Notes under the pieces: generated by a model
The model's database searches: none
Seen by the model: only the letters and a program-made list of their open reading frames with translations
Told to the model about the DNA's origin: nothing
Assembly (NCBI GenBank): GCA_004293645.1
Contig: REAB01000053.1
Location: 1,182-65,181, forward strand
Length of the DNA: 64,000 bases
Direction: 5' to 3'
Source of the DNA: Cytophagia bacterium
GTDB lineage: Bacteria > Bacteroidota > Bacteroidia > Cytophagales > Spirosomataceae
Shown: positions 46,905-56,381 of the stretch, one piece after another
Position numbering within the stretch: the stretch's first letter is position 1
Layout of the letters: each line of letters begins with the position of its first letter
Position numbers and translations under genes: made by a program

Positions 46905-48073
46905 GCGAAATGAAAGCAAAATACATCAATCCTTTTACAGACTACGGATTTAAAAAAATCTTTGGTGAAGAAGCCAGCAAGCCACTTTTGCTCGACTTCT
47001 TGAACGCGCTGTTGCCATTAGAAAGTAAAATCAAGGATTTATCATTTAAAAACAATGAACAGCTTGGTCAAATTGAAGCCGACAGAAAAGCCATTTATGA
47101 CATTTACTGCGAAAGCGAGAACGGCGAACGATTCATTGTAGAATTGCAAAAAGCAAAGCAAAATTACTTCATTGAGCGCACCATTTATTATTCTACTTTC
47201 CCCATTCAAGAGCAAGCCGACAAAGGACACTGGAATTTTAATTTGAAAGCTGTCTATTGTATTGGGGTCTTGGATTTTACTTTCGATGATTACGAAAATG
47301 AGGTTGAAAAAAGCGAATGGGTACACGAAATAAAGCTGAAAAATCAGAATGGCAAGGTTTTTTATGATAAACTGACCTACATTTACCTCGAAATGCCTAA
47401 TTTTAAAAAAACAGAAAGTGAGCTTGAAACCCGTTTAGACCAATGGTTGTATTTCATCAAAAACTTAGAGGACTTTCAGAATATTCCGCACATTTTAAAA
47501 GACGAAGTTGTATTTAACCAAGCATTTGAGAAAGCTGAGTTGGCTAATTTTAATCAATCTGAATGGAGTAGCTATCAGTACAGCCTAAAAATATTTCGTG
47601 ACCTAAACAACACCTATCAGTATGCAGTTGAAACTGCCCGTGAAGAAGGATTGGCGGAAGGATTGGCGGAAGGAATAGAGAAAGGATTGGCGGAAGGAAT
47701 AGAGAAAGGATTGGCCGAAGGAATAGAAAAAGGAATAGAGAAAGGATTGGCCGAAGGAATAGAAAAAGGAATAGAAAAAGGAATAGAAAAAGGAATAGAA
47801 AAAGGATTGGCCGAAGGAATAGAGAAAGGAATAGAAAAAGGATTGGCCGAAGGAATAGAGAAAGGAATAGAAAAAGGATTGGCCGAAGGAATAGAGAAAG
47901 GATTGGCCGAAGGAATAGAAAAAGGAATAGAAAAAGGATTGGCCGAAGGAATAGAGAAAGGCGAAGAAAAAGCGAAAATAGAAATGGCAAAAACTGCCAA
48001 AAGTATGAACATGAATAAAAGCGACATTGCCAAATTGACGGGATTGTCGGAAGAAGAAATTGATAAATTGTAG
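46901..48073 (+). CDS. Rpn family recombination-promoting nuclease / putative PD-(D/E)XK transposase with an expanded C-terminal tetrapeptide repeat
   Basis: It has the N-terminal hallmark KYINPFTDYGFKKIFGEE ... LLDFLNALL and a D ... E-x-K core (DIYCESENGERFIVELQKAKQ). I moved the start to MGEMKAKY at 46901. Confidence 0.75.
   Translation: MGEMKAKYINPFTDYGFKKIFGEEASKPLLLDFLNALLPLESKIKDLSFKNNEQLGQIEADRKAIYDIYCESENGERFIVELQKAKQNYFIERTIYYSTFPIQEQADKGHWNFNLKAVYCIGVLDFTFDDYENEVEKSEWVHEIKLKNQNGKVFYDKLTYIYLEMPNFKKTESELETRLDQWLYFIKNLEDFQNIPHILKDEVVFNQAFEKAELANFNQSEWSSYQYSLKIFRDLNNTYQYAVETAREEGLAEGLAEGIEKGLAEGIEKGLAEGIEKGIEKGLAEGIEKGIEKGIEKGIEKGLAEGIEKGIEKGLAEGIEKGIEKGLAEGIEKGLAEGIEKGIEKGLAEGIEKGEEKAKIEMAKTAKSMNMNKSDIAKLTGLSEEEIDKL
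47648..47971 (+). repeat. 27 tandem 12-bp units encoding GLAE/GIEK
   Basis: I counted GGATTGGC(G/C)GAA and GGAATAGA(G/A)AAA units directly. They are in frame within the Rpn gene. Confidence 0.9.
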
Positions 48074-48090
48074 CACAAAATCTAAATTGA

Positions 48091-49380
48091 ATGAAAGTTG
48101 ATGTATTGCTCGGCCTCCAATGGGGCGACGAAGGAAAAGGAAAAATAGTAGATGTATTGGCTCCCCAATACCAAGTAGTAGCTCGCTTTCAGGGTGGCCC
48201 AAATGCAGGACACACGCTCGAATTTGACGGCATCAAGCATGTTTTGCACCAAATTCCGTCGGGAATTTTTCGTCCCGAAATCAAAAATATCATTGGCAAT
48301 GGCCTCGTACTTGACCCCATTGTGATGAAACGCGAGATAGACGGTCTTGCCCCTTTTAACATTGATTTCAAGCGCAACCTGTTTATATCCAAAAAGGCTT
48401 CTTTGATACTGCCCACCCACAGTTTGCTTGATGCAGCCTACGAAAAATCGAAGGGAGAATCGAAGATTGGTTCTACCTTACGTGGCATTGGGCCTACTTA
48501 CCAAGACAAAGTGGCGCGGCAAGGTTTGCGCGTGGGGGATATTATCCTGGAAAGTTTTGAAGACAAATACCATCAATTGGTATCCCAGCACAAAACTGTC
48601 TTAGATTTTTATGAGTTTGACTACGCCGCCACGTTGCCCCAAAAAGAGCAAGCTTTTTTTGAAGCCATTGCGTTTTTAAAACAATTTAATTTTGTAGATA
48701 GTGAGTATTTCATCAACCAAGCCTTGAACGACAATTTGAGTGTCTTGGCCGAGGGTGCCCAGGGTTCAATGCTCGACATTGACTTTGGGTCTTATCCTTT
48801 CGTAACGAGTTCAAGTACCGTAACGGCGGGTGCTTGTACGGGTCTGGGTATTTCGCCACGGCACATTGGCGAGGTGTTTGGCATTTTTAAAGCCTATTGC
48901 ACGCGGGTAGGAAGTGGGCCATTTCCAACCGAACTACTCGACGAAATGGGGGAGAAGATGCGCCAAGAAGGGCGCGAGTTTGGCTCTACTACGGGGCGGC
49001 CACGCCGCTGCGGCTGGCTCGATTTGCCCGCCCTCAAATATGCCATCATGATAAACGGCGTAACCCAGCTCATTATGATGAAAGTAGATGTGTTGAATAT
49101 TTTTGACACCATCAATATTTGTACCCACTACCAGTTTCCTGACGGCAGTACTACCGACCAGATTCCCTACGACTTGTGCGATACCGACCTCAAACCTGTT
49201 TATAAAGTAATGCAAGGTTGGGCAACATCGCTCGAAAACTTGCACACTTATGATGAACTCCCTGAGCCGCTGGCTGCGTACATTGACTTCCTGGAAGCGG
49301 AGTTGGGTTTGCCTATTCGTTTTATCTCTACTGGCCCCGACCGCGAAGCCATCATTCACCGCGAAGCTCAGGTAGCATGA
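48091..49380 (+). CDS. purA: Adenylosuccinate synthase
   Basis: QWGDEGKGKIVD P-loop, GGPNAGHT, and full length of 429 aa. Confidence 0.95.
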   Translation: MKVDVLLGLQWGDEGKGKIVDVLAPQYQVVARFQGGPNAGHTLEFDGIKHVLHQIPSGIFRPEIKNIIGNGLVLDPIVMKREIDGLAPFNIDFKRNLFISKKASLILPTHSLLDAAYEKSKGESKIGSTLRGIGPTYQDKVARQGLRVGDIILESFEDKYHQLVSQHKTVLDFYEFDYAATLPQKEQAFFEAIAFLKQFNFVDSEYFINQALNDNLSVLAEGAQGSMLDIDFGSYPFVTSSSTVTAGACTGLGISPRHIGEVFGIFKAYCTRVGSGPFPTELLDEMGEKMRQEGREFGSTTGRPRRCGWLDLPALKYAIMINGVTQLIMMKVDVLNIFDTINICTHYQFPDGSTTDQIPYDLCDTDLKPVYKVMQGWATSLENLHTYDELPEPLAAYIDFLEAELGLPIRFISTGPDREAIIHREAQVA

Positions 49381-50333
49381 ACAAAAACTGTTTGGTAATA
49401 GGTGCGGGCATGGCGGGTTTGACTGCCGCTCGTACTTTGCAACAAAATGGCTGGCAAACCACCGTTTTGGACAAAGGGCGCGGCTTGGGCGGCAGGCTGG
49501 CCACCCGCCGCATAGAAGCTGGCAAGGCCGACCACGGAGCGCAGTATTTTACGGTCAGAACACCCGAATTTGAAAAATTGGTGGCTACCATGCAGCAAGT
49601 AGGCGTGGTGAAACCGTGGGATTTGCGCACGAGCCAACACCCGCTTTTCGTGGGCGTGGAGGGCATGAACGCAGTGGCTAAGTTTTTGGCCAATGGCCTC
49701 GATGTACGCACCAACGAACGAGTAGTGAGTATTGCCCAAAACGACACTGACTGCACGGCCACCACCGAAACAGGCAACCGCTTTACGGCCTCCCACGTCA
49801 TCATTACGGCTCCTGCACCGCAAGTTATTTCTTTATTGAAAGACAGTGGTATTGCGTTGCCCGAACAACAAGTAAACGACTTACAATCAATTGTTTATGC
49901 ACCCTGTTTGGCTGTAATGGTTGTCTTAAATCAACCCAGCCAAATTCCTGTACCGGGCAGTTTGAAGTTTGACAATGGCCCCGTAGCTTGGGTAGCCGAC
50001 AACCAGCAAAAAGGCATATCGCCCCAGTTGCCCACCCTCACCATTCACGCCAGTCCCGCTTTTAGCAGAGCGCATTTAGAAAGTAATCTTGACCAAACGG
50101 GCGCGCAGCTTATTGAAGCACTCAGGGAGTGGATTCCTGCCGACACGGTGGTGAGTTATCAGGTGCATCGTTGGCGGTACAGCTTGGCCGAACGCACGCA
50201 ACCCGACCCATTCTTGGTTGCCCAAACGCCCTTTTCGTTGCTTATTGGCGGCGATGGTTTTGGAATGGGCAATGTAGAAGGTGCTTTTTTGTCGGGTTGG
50301 AACATGGCCCAGCATTTATTGCAATACCCGTAA
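49377..50333 (+). CDS. NAD(P)/FAD-dependent oxidoreductase (renalase/COG3380-like)
   Basis: It has the dinucleotide motif VIGAGMAGL. Its start overlaps the purA stop (ATGA). Confidence 0.7.
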   Translation: MNKNCLVIGAGMAGLTAARTLQQNGWQTTVLDKGRGLGGRLATRRIEAGKADHGAQYFTVRTPEFEKLVATMQQVGVVKPWDLRTSQHPLFVGVEGMNAVAKFLANGLDVRTNERVVSIAQNDTDCTATTETGNRFTASHVIITAPAPQVISLLKDSGIALPEQQVNDLQSIVYAPCLAVMVVLNQPSQIPVPGSLKFDNGPVAWVADNQQKGISPQLPTLTIHASPAFSRAHLESNLDQTGAQLIEALREWIPADTVVSYQVHRWRYSLAERTQPDPFLVAQTPFSLLIGGDGFGMGNVEGAFLSGWNMAQHLLQYP

Positions 50334-50394
50334 AGTGATTTTGTTGCTTCATTGCCAAAAAAAGTGATAGATTTGAAAAAATCTCTGCGTTGCA

Positions 50395-52236
50395 ATGAAA
50401 AACCGTTATCCATCAACCGTCTTTTTGGTTTTGTTGGCCTCATTTTTTGCGCCCTGTTTTGCCCAAAATAAAATGTTGGACAGCCTGCGCCGATGGTTGG
50501 TAGAACACCCAACCTTGGACAGTGTGCGTGTAGTAAACCTGCACCGTTTGGCGTATCGGCTTTCAGAAATTGACCAAACGTCGGCTTGGCGTTATGCCAA
50601 CGAGGCCAATAATTTGGCAAAAAAACTCAACAACAATACCAATTTAGGCCAGAGTTATATCAATTATGCCATTCTCGAATCGTTGGAAGGCAATTATGCC
50701 AAAGGACAAGAACATTACCTTACGGCACTTCGGTTGTTTGAAAAAACGGGCTGGGAACGCGGTAAAGCCATCTGTCTCAACAACTTGGCCGAAAATTACG
50801 AAAGTATGAATCAACCCAATAAAGCCCTTGAATACACTTTTCGGGCTTTGGAGTTGAACAAAAAAACTGGCCAAAAACGCGGAATGGCGGTTAATCATGA
50901 GTTGATTGGCGATTTATACCGCCAAATGGGACAGTACGAAGAGTCGCTCAGGTACCTCAAACAAGGCGTGGAATTGGCCAAACAAGCCGACCAAAATTAC
51001 CAAATTCTGCCCCAACTGTTGCTGGCCATTGGTCGAAATTACAACGCCCGCCGCGAATTTTCGACCGCCCTTTCCTATCTGCAACAAGCCACGGCGCAAA
51101 GCGAATTGCACGGCGAAAAACTACTGCAAATTCAGTGTTATCAAGAAATAGCCAATACCTACAAGCTGCAGCAAAACTACCAAAAAGCACAAATGTATTT
51201 GCAAAAAGCCCTCAAAACAGCCCAGCAATACGGCTCAATTGTAGAACGAGCGCAAATCAGCAAAGAAATGTCGCATTTGGCCGAATTGCAACGGCAATAT
51301 TCCGAAGCGTTTAGTTATTTTAAATCTTACAAAATTCTGAGTGACTCAATAGAACGTAAAAAAAATGTGGTGCGCGCCGAACTCGTAGAATTGAAATACG
51401 AAGCCTTTGAAAAAGACCGCGAAAATCAAAGCCTCAAACAAATTAAAACTGCTCAGGAAGCCGAACTCAAACGGCAAACGGGCTGGATTATATCTTTGGC
51501 GGCATTGGTGGTTTTGCTGCTGGCCATGGCTGGCTACGCGGCCTATCGCTACCGCATCAAACAAGCGCAAGACCATCAAAAAGCACAGGCCGAAATAATC
51601 AAGCAGATGCAAAGTTCGGACAAAATTAGGAGCCAAATAGCCCGCGATTTGCACGACGACTTGGGGGCTACTTTGAGCGGTGTGGCCATGTTGAGCCAAG
51701 CCGCCAAACGCCAAATGACCGACGCATCGCCGCAGGTAAACGAACTACTCGACCTCATTAGCGTTAATTCGCAGCGCACCGTGGCCACCATCAGAGATAT
51801 TATTTGGACTACGCGCCCCATGAACGATAACTTGGAAATTATTGTAGCCAAAATGAAAATATTTGCCTCTGAAATGTTTGATAATGAGCAGATAAAGTAT
51901 TTTTTTGAAGTAGCTCCCTCACTCAAAAATTACAAGCTCCCCGCCAATCAGCAGTACAATTTTTACTTGATTTTTAAGGAGGCCATCAATAACATAGCCA
52001 AATATGCCCACGCCACATCGGTAGAAATTGAGATTTTTAGCCAAGACCAACAACTCCACCTGCGCATTATAGACAACGGCGTGGGCTTTGAACTTGGATC
52101 GGTGCAAGGAACTGGCAATGGGCTCATCAACATGGAAAAGCGCGTGGAAGAACTTGGCGGGCTTTTTTTGGTTCAATCTACGCCCACCAAAGGTACAACC
52201 ATTGCACTGTCGCTTCCTTTGGCTACCCAAACGTAG
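50395..52236 (+). CDS. TPR-repeat sensor histidine kinase (HisKA_3/NarL-partner type)
   Basis: It has a signal peptide, TPR repeats, one TM helix, an H-box (ARDLHDDLGATLSG) and HATPase motifs (DNGVGF, GNGLINMEKR). Confidence 0.8.
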   Translation: MKNRYPSTVFLVLLASFFAPCFAQNKMLDSLRRWLVEHPTLDSVRVVNLHRLAYRLSEIDQTSAWRYANEANNLAKKLNNNTNLGQSYINYAILESLEGNYAKGQEHYLTALRLFEKTGWERGKAICLNNLAENYESMNQPNKALEYTFRALELNKKTGQKRGMAVNHELIGDLYRQMGQYEESLRYLKQGVELAKQADQNYQILPQLLLAIGRNYNARREFSTALSYLQQATAQSELHGEKLLQIQCYQEIANTYKLQQNYQKAQMYLQKALKTAQQYGSIVERAQISKEMSHLAELQRQYSEAFSYFKSYKILSDSIERKKNVVRAELVELKYEAFEKDRENQSLKQIKTAQEAELKRQTGWIISLAALVVLLLAMAGYAAYRYRIKQAQDHQKAQAEIIKQMQSSDKIRSQIARDLHDDLGATLSGVAMLSQAAKRQMTDASPQVNELLDLISVNSQRTVATIRDIIWTTRPMNDNLEIIVAKMKIFASEMFDNEQIKYFFEVAPSLKNYKLPANQQYNFYLIFKEAINNIAKYAHATSVEIEIFSQDQQLHLRIIDNGVGFELGSVQGTGNGLINMEKRVEELGGLFLVQSTPTKGTTIALSLPLATQT

Positions 52237-52260
52237 CAACGCCACGCTTGGCGTTGCTAC
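52233..52260. terminator. Hairpin between convergent genes
   Basis: A 12-bp stem (GTAGCAACGCCA/TGGCGTTGCTAC) with loop CGCT. It contains the kinase stop codon. Confidence 0.6.
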
Positions 52261-52289
52261 TTGAAATTTTCTATCAACGCCTGGCATTG

Positions 52290-53444
52290 CTATTTGAATT
52301 TGCTCAAAACACTCAAAACAGCCAACAAAAAAACCACAAAAAATAGCCCAAAACGCAAGTCTTGCCAGTCGGCTAAAAAACCAATGATGGGCGGTCCCAC
52401 CAAAAAGCCCAAATAACCCAGCGTAGTTACCATGGCCAGCCCAATGCCTGGCGGCAAGTTTTTGTTGTTTCCTGCTTGACTAAAAACAATGGGTACAACC
52501 GTAGCCAAGCCAAGCCCAACTGCCGAAATACCCACAAAAAATAGCCAATAAGAATTAAAAGCAAGCGCGAAAAATAGACCAACGGTAGCCATTAAACTAC
52601 TCATTATCAGTAGTTTATTGTCTCCAAAATAAGCCCGTGCTTTGTCGCCCAAAAACCTGCCGATGGTCATAGTACCCGAAAAAATAGACAAGCCGATGGG
52701 AGCAATGTAAGCGTGCGTTTTTAGGGAGTTTTCAAGGTAATTGGTACTCCAATCGGCGATAGAACCCTCGGCGAGCATGGCGCAAAAAGCGATGATACCC
52801 AGCCACACCATTGATTTGTTGGGCAATAAAAAATGCGAACCTTCGCTGCTTTGGGCCGCGTCGGAGTCGTCAATAAGGAGCGGAATGACCACCAACGACA
52901 AACCCACGCAAAGCAGCGAAACAATGACAAAATGAGCTTGGAGCGTGTCGAGATATTTGGCAAAAAAAGAGCTGCTCAATGCTCCTATCATTACGCCAAC
53001 GCTAAAAAAAGCGTGAAACGACGACAAGATGGGTTTTTGGTAACGTTGCTCCACCAAAACCGCCTGCGCGTTCATGGACACATCTAAGCTGCCCATAAAA
53101 AAACCTAACCAATAAAACGCCACCACCAATTGCCAAGTAACGTCCAAAAAAGGAATAACGATTAAAATGAGGCTGAACGAGACCAGCGAAATGACTGCGG
53201 TCAATTTGCTGCCTTTTTTGCTGATGAGCCAGCCCGTGAGGGGCATGGCGCACAACGAACCAACCGCAACGCACAGCAGAACCAGCCCCAAATGACTGTT
53301 TGAGAGCGCAAACGTATCTTGAATACGGGGCAAACGAGTGCTCCAATTGGCATAAATAAACCCGCAAATAAAAAAGGTAAGGCTAACAGAAAAGCGGTTT
53401 CTGCGCATCGTGGGCGCGTCGGGAAAGGTCATTTTTTGAGCCAT
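52290..53444 (-). CDS. MFS transporter
   Basis: It has 12 predicted TM segments. Confidence 0.75.
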   Translation of the reverse strand: MAQKMTFPDAPTMRRNRFSVSLTFFICGFIYANWSTRLPRIQDTFALSNSHLGLVLLCVAVGSLCAMPLTGWLISKKGSKLTAVISLVSFSLILIVIPFLDVTWQLVVAFYWLGFFMGSLDVSMNAQAVLVEQRYQKPILSSFHAFFSVGVMIGALSSSFFAKYLDTLQAHFVIVSLLCVGLSLVVIPLLIDDSDAAQSSEGSHFLLPNKSMVWLGIIAFCAMLAEGSIADWSTNYLENSLKTHAYIAPIGLSIFSGTMTIGRFLGDKARAYFGDNKLLIMSSLMATVGLFFALAFNSYWLFFVGISAVGLGLATVVPIVFSQAGNNKNLPPGIGLAMVTTLGYLGFLVGPPIIGFLADWQDLRFGLFFVVFLLAVLSVLSKFK

Positions 53445-54862
53445 TTCTCAATGCCATTTACGTCAAATGGACTGAGCCGCTCCACAAATTGCCCTTTATC
53501 GTTGAAAAGTAACAGCAACGGGCGTTTTTTTTCAAATATTCCTTCCAAAACGGGTGCTTCGGGGTAATCGGCGTAAAAATGGGAGGCTTTTGGGGCATTG
53601 GGCCACTGCTGCTTTAGTACTTCTTGCCAACTATCAAAACGATTTCTGACGCATATTGTCTTAAAGCAAACGCTACTTTTGGGGTATTTTATGGCCAACT
53701 TTGCCACTGATTTCAATGCAATTTGGCAGCTATCTTCCCACGTATTCCAAAGTAAAACCAACGTGGACGACGCGCCCGCCGACAAAGCCGATAACGTAGT
53801 TTGGGTGCTGTCTTGCGTGAGCAGTGGCACGGGCGGCAAGGCTGCACCCAACTGTATTTTTTGGTTTGCCCAGCCATTGTAGCGCAAGCCTTTGAGGCGG
53901 GGCGAGTGGGGGAAATCGCGTTCAAAACGTGCCAAAAAGGCTTGCGAATCGGTAGATGTTCCGTTTATAACAAAACTGACGATGTACGAAGCCAAATTTT
54001 CGCGGGTTTTGGATAGGTTGGACAGGCGGCTATCTATTTTGTCATAAAACTGCTTCATTTGTTCACTCATATCGTCTCGTTCGTCCAAATACAGATTTCC
54101 TCCCAAATACCTAAACAGCGAAGACCAATAATCTCTCGAAAGAATGGCTTCTTCGTGCGGTATGATGCGCAACTGCAAGTCGTGGCCAACGTCGTCGTTT
54201 GGAAAAAAAACAGCACCTTTGTTCATTCCGTCAAACATTTCATCGGTCCACTCTTTGGTTGCCAAAAAGTACTGCGACCGCAGGTATTGCTGGGCTTCCA
54301 GGGCAGCTTTTACAAAGACATTTTGGGTGGCATCGGTGGTATCTTGCGTGGTTTGGTAGCGGTGCCATGTTTCGTCGGCCATGTTTTGCATCAAACTGGC
54401 GTACATGGCTTCGTTGGCATTGCGCATAAGCGGTTTTTGGCGCAATGTATCATCGCCAAAAATACCCGTTTCTATCAAAAAATGATTGATTTGAACAGCC
54501 TTACTTTGTCCCTCAAAAACAAACTTTCCCTTTTGCTCTTTGCATTTGAGGGTGTCGCCTTTTGGTAAAAAAAACTGATGAATGTGAATGACATTGGCCG
54601 TATCCGAGTAATTGACGTAAACCACCTGCGACCTTTCGAGCGGCACCGAAACCCGCCAATAACCGTTGGCCTCAATGTTTTGTTTGCGCTCGGTGCGTTC
54701 GTAATTTTCCCAATCTATGAGGGGCGTGTAGGCCAAATTGGGGGCTTCAAATTTGATTTCCAAATACGCATTTTTTACTTGGCCGTAAGCACCAATTGCC
54801 CCACCCCAAAGTGCAGCTAATAGCGCAATTTTTTGCCAAATAGATTGTTTTTTTTTGTTCAT
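53429..54862 (-). CDS. Secreted hypothetical protein with a C-terminal thioredoxin-like region lacking CxxC
   Basis: It has a signal peptide (LLAALWGGAIGAYGQ). The C-terminus resembles the TlpA/AhpC fold (LVLLWNTWEDSC), but only one Cys is at the motif. I moved the start to MNKKKQ at 54862. Confidence 0.5.
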   Translation of the reverse strand: MNKKKQSIWQKIALLAALWGGAIGAYGQVKNAYLEIKFEAPNLAYTPLIDWENYERTERKQNIEANGYWRVSVPLERSQVVYVNYSDTANVIHIHQFFLPKGDTLKCKEQKGKFVFEGQSKAVQINHFLIETGIFGDDTLRQKPLMRNANEAMYASLMQNMADETWHRYQTTQDTTDATQNVFVKAALEAQQYLRSQYFLATKEWTDEMFDGMNKGAVFFPNDDVGHDLQLRIIPHEEAILSRDYWSSLFRYLGGNLYLDERDDMSEQMKQFYDKIDSRLSNLSKTRENLASYIVSFVINGTSTDSQAFLARFERDFPHSPRLKGLRYNGWANQKIQLGAALPPVPLLTQDSTQTTLSALSAGASSTLVLLWNTWEDSCQIALKSVAKLAIKYPKSSVCFKTICVRNRFDSWQEVLKQQWPNAPKASHFYADYPEAPVLEGIFEKKRPLLLLFNDKGQFVERLSPFDVNGIEKWLKK

Positions 54863-54867
54863 AGATT

Positions 54868-56100
54868 TTAAATTCCCGCTATCATGTCGGCTACGGCGCG
54901 GCCCGTGGCCATGGCCGCATTTAAAGACGGATACGACACGTGGTCGCCACATTCGTACAAGTTTTTGCTTATTTGCAAGTTTTCGGGCGGGGCATCGGCG
55001 CGATATTGGTTGAGGGCTTGTGGCAAATGATAAGTGCGCAGGTGCTGCCAAGTTTTCACTTCTTCGCCAAACCAGTCGGTTAGTTCGGCAATAATTTTGT
55101 GCGTCAATTTTTGTTCATCAAATAAATCAAGTCCTTGCGTGCTAACTGAGATAAGTGACTGACCCTCTGGCGCGTACGAGGGTGCAATGTCGCTTGGTAC
55201 GCACATATTATGCACCACCGACAGTCGGTTGGCGTTGAGTGCCAGCATTTTTTCGGTTAGAGGCGAGCGGCTGGCCGCAAAATACGTGCAAGTAGTGGTG
55301 TTGAACGCCCGTTCAAGTTGTCGGCCAAGCAGCGCATCGGCATTTTGTGCGTCGGTAGCTATTACAATGTGTTTGGCCGTCAAGATTTCTCCACTCATCA
55401 ACTGCACCGAATTTCCTTCTATTTTGCGCACTTTGCTATTCAGTTTAAGGCTGTTGGCGGGCAGTTTGGCGGCTATTTGGCGCGGAATAGCCCCAATGCC
55501 CTCAGCGGGCAAAACGGCATCGCCGCTGTAAAATTGCTTAAACACAAACCGAAAAAAATTGCTTGACGTAGCCAATTCATTTTCTAAAAATACTCCCCCA
55601 AAAAAAGGTTTAAAAAAGTTAGCAATCATGGTTTCGCTCCAGCCGTAGGCACGGAGGTAGCTGAGGGTGTCGGTGGCGTGGTCGTCAAAAAAAGCCTGCG
55701 TTGGCTCGGCGGCTATTTGGTTGGAGAGTTGCAGCACCTTTATTTTATCAGAAAGCGACCCCACGGGTGAAAACAGTGTTTTGAACACCTGCGTTGGCTC
55801 TTTGAATGGATTGCTCATGACCGAAAACGCCCCGTTGAGTCGAATTAAAGCCCCCGACCGAAACGCCTGCAAATGCAGTAAATTGTAGTTGAGCAACCGT
55901 TCGGCTTCGGGGTAGGCCGTCAGCAAAATCTGAAATCCACGGTCGAGCTTAAAACCCGCCACTTCGTCGGTGCGAACCCGCCCGCCCACTTCGTCGGCGG
56001 CTTCAATCAGTATGTTCTTGATTCCGTAGTCGTTGAGGTATTTGGCACAAGTAAGGCCCGACACGCCCGCTCCAATAATAATGACATCGTGGTGCTGCAT
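54868..56100 (-). CDS. NAD(P)/FAD-dependent oxidoreductase (amine-oxidase/phytoene-desaturase-like)
   Basis: It has DVIIIGAGVSGL and a GGRV motif. I moved the start to MQHHD at 56100. Confidence 0.75.
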   Translation of the reverse strand: MQHHDVIIIGAGVSGLTCAKYLNDYGIKNILIEAADEVGGRVRTDEVAGFKLDRGFQILLTAYPEAERLLNYNLLHLQAFRSGALIRLNGAFSVMSNPFKEPTQVFKTLFSPVGSLSDKIKVLQLSNQIAAEPTQAFFDDHATDTLSYLRAYGWSETMIANFFKPFFGGVFLENELATSSNFFRFVFKQFYSGDAVLPAEGIGAIPRQIAAKLPANSLKLNSKVRKIEGNSVQLMSGEILTAKHIVIATDAQNADALLGRQLERAFNTTTCTYFAASRSPLTEKMLALNANRLSVVHNMCVPSDIAPSYAPEGQSLISVSTQGLDLFDEQKLTHKIIAELTDWFGEEVKTWQHLRTYHLPQALNQYRADAPPENLQISKNLYECGDHVSYPSLNAAMATGRAVADMIAGI

Positions 56101-56381
56101 ACAAACAAAATGAGTAGTGAAACACAAAAATAATCCGAAATTACCAACTCCCGCTGTTTATGATTAAGTGGCAGATTGTAATATTGTAAAAATACAATTT
56201 TTATTGGCTTTGTACTATTTGCTAAAAGCTGCTCAATTGGTTTATAACCACAAAGTTGCTGGTAGAATAGAAACCTTATTTTTATGCAGAGATAACAATT
56301 TATTTACAAAACTATTTAAAAAATAAAATTTACCTTTGTGTTCGTCAATCGTTCCAAAATCATTACGCTAACTTAATTTGT

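Noticed and set aside
47648-47971. A regular short-period repeat array that might look CRISPR-like
   Set aside because: The units are only 12 bp, directly abutting with no spacers. The array is in frame inside the Rpn gene, and no cas genes are nearby.
47550-48202. Three long minus-strand ORFs (146-199 aa, F/L/S/P-rich) across the Rpn repeat
   Set aside because: They are mirror-image reading frames of the 12-bp coding repeat. They have low-complexity translations and no independent start context.
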